NCBI GenBank assembly: GCA_017398545.1
Contig: JAFQFT010000048.1
Coordinates: forward strand, 2,418 to 66,417
From: Bacilli bacterium
GTDB taxonomy: Bacteria > Bacillota_I > Bacilli_A > ML615J-28 > CAG-313
DNA: 64,000 nucleotides
Direction of reading: 5' to 3'
Shown here: positions 45,595 to 54,124 of the stretch, piece after piece
How the letters are laid out: each line of letters opens with the position of its first letter
Position numbering within the stretch: position 1 is the first letter of the stretch
Made by a program: the position numbers and the translations under genes
The notes under the pieces: model-generated
Database searches by the model: none
What the model saw: only the letters and a program-made list of their open reading frames with translations
Told to the model about the DNA's origin: nothing

Positions 45595-45634
45595 AAAGTA
45601 ATGCAAGGGGCTTATGCTTTTTGCATTACTTTTA
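45595..45634 (+). terminator. intra-operon hairpin after oppA (partial terminator/stabiliser)
   Basis: 12-bp stem AAAGTAATGCAA / TTGCATTACTTT with a 14-nt loop and a short T-run. Confidence 0.55.
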
Positions 45635-45741
45635 CTATGTAATAGTATTACTCTAAAATTACACATAAAAATATTACGATGTAATACTATTACATTGTAA
45701 AAAAATAAAATATAATTATAAAAAATTGAAAGGAGTTACAT

Positions 45742-46731
45742 ATGTGGAAATACGTTTTGAAAAGAATACTACTAATGTTAGTTACGTTTTTTATCATCTG
45801 CACGATATGTTTTGTCCTAATTAGAATTTTACCTAGAGAACTTCCAACTGATAAAGTAAAACAAGAACAAATCTTAGCACGTTGGACAGCGTTAGGTTAT
45901 TTTGAACCTTTACCTATTCAATTTTGGATATATCTTAAAAACATATTTACAAAATGGGATTTTGGTACTTCATGGTATATTGAATATAATAAACCAGTTA
46001 CAGAAGTTTTAGGAAAAAGATTATTACCTACTGTTTTAGTTAACTTTTATTCATTAATTGTTTCAATACCACTAGGAATCGCGTTAGGTATTTTTGCTGC
46101 TATTAAGAAAAATAAATGGCAAGACCACGTAATTAGTATTGTAGTAATGTTATTTGTTTCGATACCAAGTTATATTTATGCATTCTTAGTACAATATTTT
46201 ATCTTCTTTAAGTTACGTCTTATAGATACACCAACGTTGTATTCTATTGCGGATGTTGGATTTGATCCTAGTGAAGCGAATGCATGGCAAGCATATTTTA
46301 CCCCAATGATGTTTAAGAGTATGATAATGCCTATTATTTCATTATCATTTGGTGAAATTGCAGGTCTATGCCGTTTTACAAGAGCAGAATTAACTGAAAC
46401 TTTAACACAAGATTATATGCTACTTGCTAGAACAAAAGGTTTAACAAAAGGACAAGCAACAAGAAGACATGCACTTAAAAATGCGATGGTTCCAATTTTA
46501 CCAATGATTATTTCAAGTTTTATTGGAATTTTAGGTGGTTCAATGATTATTGAATCAATATTCTCTATTCCAGGTGTTGGGGGACTTTATATTCAATCTA
46601 TTCAATTATTTGACTATGATGTATTTATGTTAGATACAATATTCTATGTCCTTATTGGTTTACTTGCTGGTATAGTAGTTGATATTAGTTATGGATTTAT
46701 TGATCCAAGAATTAGAATGGGAGAAAGATAA
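45742..46731 (+). CDS. oppB: oligopeptide ABC transporter permease
   Basis: 329 aa, 6 TM helices. EAA-like loop: YMLLARTKGLTKGQATRRHALKNAM. Confidence 0.85.
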   Translation: MWKYVLKRILLMLVTFFIICTICFVLIRILPRELPTDKVKQEQILARWTALGYFEPLPIQFWIYLKNIFTKWDFGTSWYIEYNKPVTEVLGKRLLPTVLVNFYSLIVSIPLGIALGIFAAIKKNKWQDHVISIVVMLFVSIPSYIYAFLVQYFIFFKLRLIDTPTLYSIADVGFDPSEANAWQAYFTPMMFKSMIMPIISLSFGEIAGLCRFTRAELTETLTQDYMLLARTKGLTKGQATRRHALKNAMVPILPMIISSFIGILGGSMIIESIFSIPGVGGLYIQSIQLFDYDVFMLDTIFYVLIGLLAGIVVDISYGFIDPRIRMGER

Positions 46732-46732
46732 T

Positions 46733-48313
46733 ATGTCAAATGAAGATATTAAAATTGTAGATATTCCATCTGAGAAATTTGAGTTTGTTAACTCAGGAGA
46801 TAAAATCCATGATACAAAGTTTGAAACTAAACCAATTGGTTACTTTAAAGATGCGTTAATTCGTTTCTGTAAAAATAAAGCTAGTGTTGCTGCATTTATT
46901 ATTATTATATTTATCGTATTATTTGCGTTAATAGTTCCTATTACTACTCCTAAATCAAAAGCAACCGTTATGGATACTTATTATAAAAAGAATGGTCCAA
47001 GAAATGTTGTTTTAAAAGAATCTTTAGGTATTATGGGTGGGGCTAAAAACTTAGAACAAAATGAACGTGCTTTAATACTAGAAATTGCTAAAGGTGTTGG
47101 TGCTGAATTTAATGAAAATACTGATACTATAACAATTGGTGAGGCGATGAATAGTTATTATCAACCAGTAACTAAATATTCATATGGTGGAGAAAACTCA
47201 TTAGGTGTTAATAGTAAAGCATTTTATAATGTTAAAATAGATACTTATTTAAGTGTTGGTTTTGAATATATTGCTATTGAACAAAGTAAATATCGTGAAA
47301 TTATAGAATGGGAAAAAGAAACAGGATTAAAAGTTATTTACCCATTAGTTGCTGAAAATGAATATTGTATTGATTCAACTGAAGCTAACTATTGGTATAA
47401 AACAACTAGTAAAGGTGTTCCAGTTTCAACAACAAAAGGCAAAGATACACGTCTTGAATTTTCTGAAGATTTAGTTTTAGAAGATAATTATCTTCGTGAT
47501 AATGATGGTAATCTTGTGTATTATCGTTACTCTGGTGGTGGTGATGCAAACACTGCAATGTATCAAGTAAGGGTTCTTTATTATAATTATTATCGTTATA
47601 TGTATGGTTTTGAACCAAATTATTTCCTAGGAACTGACAGTCAAGGCTATGACCTTGCATATCGTATGGCTACTGGTATTCGTTTAAGTTTAATTTTAGC
47701 TGTTGTTGTATCTGCAATTAACCTTGTGCTTGGTGCTATTATTGGTGCTGTTGAAGGTTATTATGGCGGTTTGACTGACCTAATTATTGAAAGAATTAAA
47801 GATGTATTATCTGGTGTACCATTTATTATTCTAGCTACATTATTCCAATTGCACTTAGCTAAACAAGTTGGACCACTTCTTAGTTTAATCTTTGCATTCG
47901 TAGTTACAGGTTGGCTTGGTACCTCAGCGCGTGTTAGAACACAATTTTATCGTTTTAAGAATCAAGAATATGTTATGGCTGCAAGAACACTTGGAGCAAA
48001 AGATTCAAGAATTATGTGGAAACATATCTTCCCTAATACATTAGGTACACTTATTACTTCTTCAGTACTTGTTATTCCAGGGGTAATTTCTAGTGAAAGT
48101 ATGTTAAGCTATTTAGGTATTGCAACACTTGGTGATGCAAAAACTACAAGTTTAGGTACATTGTTATCAGAAGCAAGTAAGTTATGGACAGATCACCCTC
48201 ATCTTATGATTGCTCCTGCAGTTGTTCTTTCATTATTAATGATTTGCTTTAACTTATTTGGTAATGGTTTACGTGATGCATTTAACCCTACATTAAGAGG
48301 ATCGGAGGAATAG
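46733..48313 (+). CDS. oppC: oligopeptide ABC transporter permease with large extracytoplasmic insertion
   Basis: Start moved to ATG 46733 (GGGAGAAAG RBS, 1 nt after the oppB stop). Has an N-terminal TM helix, an extra loop of about 230 aa, then the BPD_transp_1 core (YVMAARTLGAKDSRIMWKHIFPN). Confidence 0.85.
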   Translation: MSNEDIKIVDIPSEKFEFVNSGDKIHDTKFETKPIGYFKDALIRFCKNKASVAAFIIIIFIVLFALIVPITTPKSKATVMDTYYKKNGPRNVVLKESLGIMGGAKNLEQNERALILEIAKGVGAEFNENTDTITIGEAMNSYYQPVTKYSYGGENSLGVNSKAFYNVKIDTYLSVGFEYIAIEQSKYREIIEWEKETGLKVIYPLVAENEYCIDSTEANYWYKTTSKGVPVSTTKGKDTRLEFSEDLVLEDNYLRDNDGNLVYYRYSGGGDANTAMYQVRVLYYNYYRYMYGFEPNYFLGTDSQGYDLAYRMATGIRLSLILAVVVSAINLVLGAIIGAVEGYYGGLTDLIIERIKDVLSGVPFIILATLFQLHLAKQVGPLLSLIFAFVVTGWLGTSARVRTQFYRFKNQEYVMAARTLGAKDSRIMWKHIFPNTLGTLITSSVLVIPGVISSESMLSYLGIATLGDAKTTSLGTLLSEASKLWTDHPHLMIAPAVVLSLLMICFNLFGNGLRDAFNPTLRGSEE

Positions 48314-48316
48314 AAA

Positions 48317-50494
48317 ATGGCTGATAATATTTTAGAAGTAAAAAAGTTAAAAATATCTTTCAGAACTAATAACGGTACTGTTAAAGCTATTCGTGATATT
48401 TCCTTTGATTTAAAACGTGGTGAAACACTTGCAATAGTTGGTGAATCTGGTTCAGGTAAATCAGTTACATCAAAAGCGATCTTAGGTATTTCTGCTGGTA
48501 ATGCAATTATTGATAGTGGTGAAATCCTATATGATGGTAAAGACTTACTTAAACTATCAGAAGAAGAAATGCAAAAAATTCGTGGTGATAAAATCTCAAT
48601 GATTTTCCAAGATCCATTATCTTCTTTAAATCCAATCGTTAAAATTGGCCCACAAATTATTGAAGCATTAATCTTAAAAAATAAAGTTTCAAGAAAAGTT
48701 GCTAGAAAAGAATTTAACCAAAAACTAGAAGTATTAAAACAAAATATGAATGCTTCTTTTGGTGAAGAACAAAAAGAAAAAATTAGTAAATTAATTAAAG
48801 ATTATAATAATTTTAGTATTAAATCATTAGAATTAGAAAATAATTATAATCATTCACACGCAACAACTCTAGAAGTAATTTCAAAATTAGAAAACTATTT
48901 ATTCTTAGTTTCTAAAGAACAAAAAGTTAATTTAAATGAGGATATCAAATCATTTATCGGAAAACTAAAAGATGTTACAAATGGTTATTTAATAAATAAA
49001 TATATTGATGAATATAGTCTAATTAAAAATGATTTAAACAATTTACTTGTTGAATATAAACAAGATAAAACTAAAGAACATCAAGTAGTTTTAAAATCTG
49101 TTGATGTCTTAACTAATTTAAAATCATTATTAACACGTATGATTAGTGATGAAAAACCTGATTTCTTTAGTTTAGGCTTCTATTTATATTTAAACCCAGA
49201 TGCAGATTTTTCTGCTAATTATGATGCAAGTACTAAAGAAATGTTAACTGAATATTTAAACAAGAATTTCTTAGATGAATTCTTAGTGTATGTCGAAAAA
49301 GCAATTATTAATTCTAATAAAAAATCAGTTGAATTAAAGAAACAAGTGCTTGATGAATTAAAACAATTAAAAGCTTATTTTAAAGCAGGTAATTTAGTTA
49401 AGAGCGAAGCATTAGCTAATGTATCTAAAGTCGGTGATTTAGTAACTCAGTCAATTGATCAGTTAGAAGTTATTAAAGATAGTTTAGCATATACATTTAA
49501 AAGCAGTATGATTGCTAATACTAAGAGTTATTTCTTTAGTCAAAAATCAAATGTTAAAGAACAAGTAAGATTTGAAAAACAAACTGCTAAATATGATGAG
49601 TTAATTGCTAAAGGTAAAAAAGTTGATTGGAAAGTAGTTCCAATGAAAATTGTTGACTTAGATGATCTAATTGAAAACATCGTTTCAAAAATTGAAAGAC
49701 TTGAAGCAAACTACTTATCTAAAATTGAAGATAAAGATATTGATTTTGCTAAAAAAGCAAGCTTAGATTTAATTGAATATTTTAAAGCAAAAGCATCAGA
49801 AGTTGTTTATAAAGTTACTAAACCAATGGCTAAAGAACAAGCTATTAAACTAATGGAAGAAGTAGGTATTTCAGAACCTCGTCTTCGTTATAAACAATAT
49901 CCATTTGAATTTTCAGGTGGTATGAGACAAAGAATTGTTATTGCAATTGCTCTTGCTTCAAATCCTGATATCTTAATTTGTGATGAACCTACTACTGCTT
50001 TAGACGTTACAATTCAATCACAAATATTAGAGTTAATTAATAAACTTAAGAAAGAAAGAAACTTATCTGTAATATTTATTACACATGACTTAGGTGTAGT
50101 TGCAAATATGGCTGATAGAATTGCTGTTATGTATGCTGGTAAAATTGTTGAATATGGATTGAGTGAAGAAGTATTCTATTCACCTGCTCATCCGTACACT
50201 TGGGCTCTTTTAAGCAGTATGCCTGACTTAGAAACTACAGAAAAATTAGATGCTATTCCTGGTACTCCACCTAATATGATTTATCCTCCAGTTGGAGATG
50301 CCTTTGCTGCTCGTAATAAATATGCAATGAAGATTGACTTTGAAGCTCAACCTCCTCTATTTAAGATAACTGACACTCATTATGCTGCAACTTGGTTATT
50401 ACATCCAGATGCTCCAAAAGTTGAAATGCCTAAGATTATTAAAGATAGAATTGAAAGAATGAAGCAAGGAGGAGACTCACAAGATGGAAAATAG
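48317..50494 (+). CDS. oppD: oligopeptide ABC transporter ATPase with ~370-aa insertion in the helical subdomain
   Basis: 725 aa. Walker A GESGSGKS (aa 42-49), Q-loop MIFQDP (aa 95-100), signature FSGGMRQR (starting at aa 532), Walker B ILICDEPTTALD, and the C-terminal oligopeptide domain (HPYTWALL). Confidence 0.9.
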   Translation: MADNILEVKKLKISFRTNNGTVKAIRDISFDLKRGETLAIVGESGSGKSVTSKAILGISAGNAIIDSGEILYDGKDLLKLSEEEMQKIRGDKISMIFQDPLSSLNPIVKIGPQIIEALILKNKVSRKVARKEFNQKLEVLKQNMNASFGEEQKEKISKLIKDYNNFSIKSLELENNYNHSHATTLEVISKLENYLFLVSKEQKVNLNEDIKSFIGKLKDVTNGYLINKYIDEYSLIKNDLNNLLVEYKQDKTKEHQVVLKSVDVLTNLKSLLTRMISDEKPDFFSLGFYLYLNPDADFSANYDASTKEMLTEYLNKNFLDEFLVYVEKAIINSNKKSVELKKQVLDELKQLKAYFKAGNLVKSEALANVSKVGDLVTQSIDQLEVIKDSLAYTFKSSMIANTKSYFFSQKSNVKEQVRFEKQTAKYDELIAKGKKVDWKVVPMKIVDLDDLIENIVSKIERLEANYLSKIEDKDIDFAKKASLDLIEYFKAKASEVVYKVTKPMAKEQAIKLMEEVGISEPRLRYKQYPFEFSGGMRQRIVIAIALASNPDILICDEPTTALDVTIQSQILELINKLKKERNLSVIFITHDLGVVANMADRIAVMYAGKIVEYGLSEEVFYSPAHPYTWALLSSMPDLETTEKLDAIPGTPPNMIYPPVGDAFAARNKYAMKIDFEAQPPLFKITDTHYAATWLLHPDAPKVEMPKIIKDRIERMKQGGDSQDGK

Positions 50495-51701
50495 AGAAGT
50501 ATTATTAAAAGTTGAAAATCTATGCCAATATTTCAGAATGGGTAGACATGTAAATAAAGCAGTTGACAATGTATCATTCGAAATTTATCGTGGTGAAGTT
50601 TTTGGCTTAGTTGGTGAATCAGGGTGTGGTAAAACAACAACCGGTAGATCAATTATTAAATTATATGATATTACATCTGGTGATGTTTACTTCAAGGGAA
50701 GAAGAATTTGTGCGGGTATTCAAAGTTATAAAAATGCTATTTCTTTAGCAAGAAAAGACGCAAGAGAAAAGATTCAAAACTTAAATAATGATTCAAAACT
50801 AAATCCTGAAAATAAATCAGCTAATGATGAAAAGATTAAAGAAATTAAATCTCAACTAAATGAAATAGTAAAGAATAATAAAACTTTAATTGATTTATGT
50901 AAAGTAGATCAAAAATATTGTGATAAACTTTACGCTAAAGATTTAGTTAAAGAATTAGAAGAAGAATACAAAAATAAACCAAAAGATGCTGAGTATTATA
51001 AGTCTTTAAAAATTGCTAAAAAAGCAAGATTAGTAACACAAATCCAAATGATTTTCCAAGACCCTATTGCATCACTAAACCCAAGAATGACTGTTCAAGA
51101 AATTATTGCAGAAGGGTTAATCATTAAAGGTATTACTGATAAAAAATATATTCAAGAAAAAGTTTATGAAATTCTTGAACTTGTAGGTTTAGTTAAAGAA
51201 CATGCTACTCGTTATCCACATGAATTCTCAGGTGGTCAAAAACAAAGAATTGGTATTGCACGTGCAATTATCATGCAACCAGATATGATTATAGCAGATG
51301 AACCTGTATCTGCTCTTGACGTATCAATTCAAGCACAAGTTATTAACCTACTAAATGAATTAAGAGAAAAATTAGGTTTAACAATTTTATTCATTGCACA
51401 TGACTTATCTGTTGTTAAATATTTCTCAGATCGTATTGGTGTTATGTATTATGGTAAACTAGTAGAACTTGCATCATCAGATGAACTATTTGCTCATCCA
51501 ATTCATCCATATACACGTTCACTACTTTCTGCAATTCCTCTACCTGACCCAGTTTATGAAAAGAAACGTGTAAGAATGGTTTATAATCCAATTGCAGAAC
51601 ATGATTATCGATATGATAAACCTACATTTAGAGAAATAAGACCTAATCACTTTGTATATTGTAATGACGTTGAAGAAGCTAAATATAAGGAGCAATTCTA
51701 A
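50484..51701 (+). CDS. oppF: oligopeptide ABC transporter ATPase with ~95-aa insertion before the Q-loop
   Basis: 405 aa. Walker [10 protein letters not shown] (aa 44-52), Q-loop QMIFQDP only at aa 188-194, signature FSGGQKQR, Walker [13 protein letters not shown], then HPYTRSLL. Confidence 0.9.
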   Translation: MENREVLLKVENLCQYFRMGRHVNKAVDNVSFEIYRGEVFGLVGESGCGKTTTGRSIIKLYDITSGDVYFKGRRICAGIQSYKNAISLARKDAREKIQNLNNDSKLNPENKSANDEKIKEIKSQLNEIVKNNKTLIDLCKVDQKYCDKLYAKDLVKELEEEYKNKPKDAEYYKSLKIAKKARLVTQIQMIFQDPIASLNPRMTVQEIIAEGLIIKGITDKKYIQEKVYEILELVGLVKEHATRYPHEFSGGQKQRIGIARAIIMQPDMIIADEPVSALDVSIQAQVINLLNELREKLGLTILFIAHDLSVVKYFSDRIGVMYYGKLVELASSDELFAHPIHPYTRSLLSAIPLPDPVYEKKRVRMVYNPIAEHDYRYDKPTFREIRPNHFVYCNDVEEAKYKEQF

Positions 51702-52108
51702 TGGAAGAAAATAAAAGTAAACAAGTTACCATGATAGGTTATATAATTACTAACGTTATTTGTATAATTGCAGTATGCTTACAAATATTTGGTAATGCTT
51801 TGTTCCAACAAACTGATATTTTAAGAATATATCATATTCTATGTGATGCATTTGTTTTACCTGGAACTTTATGTTTACTAGTTGCTGCTTTAATTGCACT
51901 TTCAAATGAAGGATCACTTGATGCTATAGGCTATATGCTAAGACGTCTTGGACAATCACTTATTCCTTTTAGTAAAAAAAATGATGAACGCTATGCAGAT
52001 TACATCGCAAAGAAAAAAAGAATAAAAGGATATAGTTTTATAACTTGGACAGGACTTGGTTATTTTACTATTGGTATGATCTTTCTAGTTTTATACCTTA
52101 CAGTATAA
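51701..52108 (+). CDS. small membrane protein (DUF3899-like), translationally coupled to oppF
   Basis: 135 aa with 3-4 TM helices. The central LSNEGSLDAIGYMLRRL segment resembles DUF3899. The ATG overlaps the oppF stop (TAATG). Confidence 0.5.
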   Translation: MEENKSKQVTMIGYIITNVICIIAVCLQIFGNALFQQTDILRIYHILCDAFVLPGTLCLLVAALIALSNEGSLDAIGYMLRRLGQSLIPFSKKNDERYADYIAKKKRIKGYSFITWTGLGYFTIGMIFLVLYLTV

Positions 52109-52114
52109 GAAGAT

Positions 52115-52150
52115 AAATCTCTAAAGTGAGAAATCACTTTAGAGATTTTT
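52115..52150 (+). terminator. rho-independent terminator of the opp operon
   Basis: 15-bp stem AAATCTCTAAAGTGA / TCACTTTAGAGATTT, loop GAAA, then a T-run. Confidence 0.85.
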
Positions 52151-52276
52151 ATGTTTTAAATGATATTCTCACTTTATGTAAATTTTTTTCATCAAATGAG
52201 ATGTGGTAATATTTTCAATTAAATGATATACTATTAGTGTAACGTTACTAAAAATAAAATAATTAAGGAGCTAAAT

Positions 52277-53374
52277 ATGGATTTAGGAAATAAAATTAGA
52301 GAATTAAGATTAAAGAAAAATTATACTCAAGAAGATCTAGCAAACATTTTAGGAACATCAATTCAATCTATTTCAAGATGGGAAAATGGTAATACATATC
52401 CTGATATTAGTTTATTACCTTTAATCGCCAGTACATTTCATGTAACTGTTGATTATCTTCTTGGTGCTGATATTATTCATAATGCTAAAATATTAGAAGA
52501 AATAAAACAAAAAGTGAAAGAATATCGTAAAATTGGTAATAATGTTAAATGCTATGAATATGTAAAAGAAATGTATGAGAAATATCCTAGTATTGAAGAA
52601 TTGCAATTAATATTTGCAGAAGTATGTTTTGAAGCTGGTAACTTTAATAAAAGTTATACAGAAGAAGGAATTGTTGTTGCAAAAAAAGTTATTGAAACTA
52701 CCCTTGATGAAGATATAAGATTTAAAGCAGCAGATGATTTATTTTATCTATATTTAAAAAACGATCGAAAAGATAAAAAAAGATTAAAAGAAGTATATGA
52801 TAAATATTTAAAAAAATATTTAAAGAAAGATTATTATAAAGATGATATCTTAGAAGGTGATGAACTACTAGAATATTATCAAAAAGAATCTTTATCACTT
52901 CTTTCGTCTTTTTGGAATATCTTAATGGGGCTATATAATGATAATTTATATTGTAAAGAAGAACTTATTGATATATATAAAAAATTTAATATCATAACAA
53001 AAACTTTATTCGATAATGAAGACTATGATTTAGAAACAATATGGTTTTTACAAACAATCAATGATCGTATTTCAAGACTTTATGTAAAACTTAATGATTT
53101 TGATAATGCGTACATATATTTAAACATTGCTGCAGATTATGCGATTCTGCACGATACAAGAGAAGATAATATTAAACATACTTCATTATTATTTAATAAA
53201 CTAGAAGATAAAAGAGATGACATATCATGGAGTGGCAATTTAGATGAATTTGGTAATCAATGTTTTGAAATGTTATATAATTTGAAAAGACCTGTGTTTG
53301 ATCCAATGAGAGATGACTCTAGATTTAAAGATATCATAAATAAATTAACAAAATATAGTAAACAATATAATTAG
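52277..53374 (+). CDS. XRE-family HTH transcriptional regulator with helical-repeat (TPR-like) C-terminal domain
   Basis: 365 aa. N-terminal HTH_3 (LRELRLKKNYTQEDLANILGTSIQSISRWENGNTYPDISLLPLIASTFHVTVDYLLG). The C-terminal 290 aa or so are helical and K/Y/E-rich. Confidence 0.75.
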   Translation: MDLGNKIRELRLKKNYTQEDLANILGTSIQSISRWENGNTYPDISLLPLIASTFHVTVDYLLGADIIHNAKILEEIKQKVKEYRKIGNNVKCYEYVKEMYEKYPSIEELQLIFAEVCFEAGNFNKSYTEEGIVVAKKVIETTLDEDIRFKAADDLFYLYLKNDRKDKKRLKEVYDKYLKKYLKKDYYKDDILEGDELLEYYQKESLSLLSSFWNILMGLYNDNLYCKEELIDIYKKFNIITKTLFDNEDYDLETIWFLQTINDRISRLYVKLNDFDNAYIYLNIAADYAILHDTREDNIKHTSLLFNKLEDKRDDISWSGNLDEFGNQCFEMLYNLKRPVFDPMRDDSRFKDIINKLTKYSKQYN

Positions 53375-53402
53375 AAATATTTAAATTTTTCTAAAAATCT
53401 CC

Positions 53403-53431
53403 TTGAATTTTTACAAAATTTGTTGTATAAT
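53403..53431 (+). promoter_or_regulatory. sigma-A-type promoter of the Phd/YefM-like gene
   Basis: TTGAAT (53403-53408), 17-nt spacer containing ACAAA-A-TTTGT, TATAAT (53426-53431). Confidence 0.55.
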
Positions 53432-53457
53432 GTAAGTGTGAAAGAAAGGAGATTAAT

Positions 53458-53733
53458 ATGAAATTTTTACCTAAGGTTATGCCTATTAGTGAACTTAAGA
53501 ATATTGAAAATATTTCTAGAGTTTGTAAAGAAAGTAATGTACCAATCATTCTTACTAAAAATGGTTATGGCGATATGGTACTAATGAATGTTGCATTATA
53601 TGAATCTCTTATCGAAGAAATAAACACAATAAAATTATTAAACGAAGCATTAAACGATCCAAAAAGAGAAGAAAAGCGACAAGACTTTAATGAATTTATG
53701 GATGAATTAATAGAAGAAAGAAATGAAAAATAA
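53458..53733 (+). CDS. Phd/YefM-family antitoxin-like protein (no cognate toxin gene adjacent)
   Basis: 91 aa: MKFLPKVMPISELKNIENISRVCKESNVPIILTKNGYGDMVLMNVALYESLIEEIN. Typical Phd/YefM N-terminal fold pattern with an acidic/basic C-terminal tail. Confidence 0.6.
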   Translation: MKFLPKVMPISELKNIENISRVCKESNVPIILTKNGYGDMVLMNVALYESLIEEINTIKLLNEALNDPKREEKRQDFNEFMDELIEERNEK

Positions 53734-53793
53734 ATTCTTTAGCTTTTATGATGTTTTTTAATATTTTATAATTGTATATTGAGTGGATATCAT

Positions 53794-53822
53794 TTGACAA
53801 AATGATAAAAAACGTATATAAT
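53794..53822 (+). promoter_or_regulatory. consensus sigma-A promoter of the thrS leader
   Basis: TTGACA (53794-53799), 17-nt spacer, TATAAT (53817-53822). Confidence 0.75.
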
Positions 53823-53829
53823 ATTAATA

Positions 53830-54101
53830 TAAAAATATAATAAACGTTGAACAGGATACGATTATTAGATGCGTGTTTTAAAGTGAGGTAGGATAGTGAA
53901 AACTACTAAATAATGGCTAATGATTACTCCCTGAGAGTTTTTCTTTAGAAATTTAGAACGTATATCTGCGTTAAAGATAATAAAGGGCATAAGAATATTA
54001 CTTATGAACTAAGGTGGTACCGCGCCTGTTTAGTTAAAGCCTGCTAAACATACGTCCTTAGATAAATGTATTTTTTCATATACAATTATCTAAGGCTTTT
54101 T
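53830..54101 (+). promoter_or_regulatory. T-box riboswitch leader (threonine)
   Basis: Conserved T-box sequence AAGGTGGTACCGCG (54011-54024). A specifier-loop-like AGTGAAAACTACTAAA contains ACU (Thr) triplets followed by A. Has an F-box-like GCGTTA. The terminator stem CCTTAGATAA (54056-54065) / TTATCTAAGG (54086-54095) plus a T-run can alternate with the T-box antiterminator. Confidence 0.85.
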
Positions 54102-54124
54102 ATATTATTTGGAGGTATATAAAA

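Noticed and set aside
52150-52276. Search for an RNPP/Rgg-type signalling peptide gene next to the XRE regulator
   Set aside because: The only candidate is a 7-codon minus-strand ORF (MKKIYIK) without an RBS, which is too short and unsupported.
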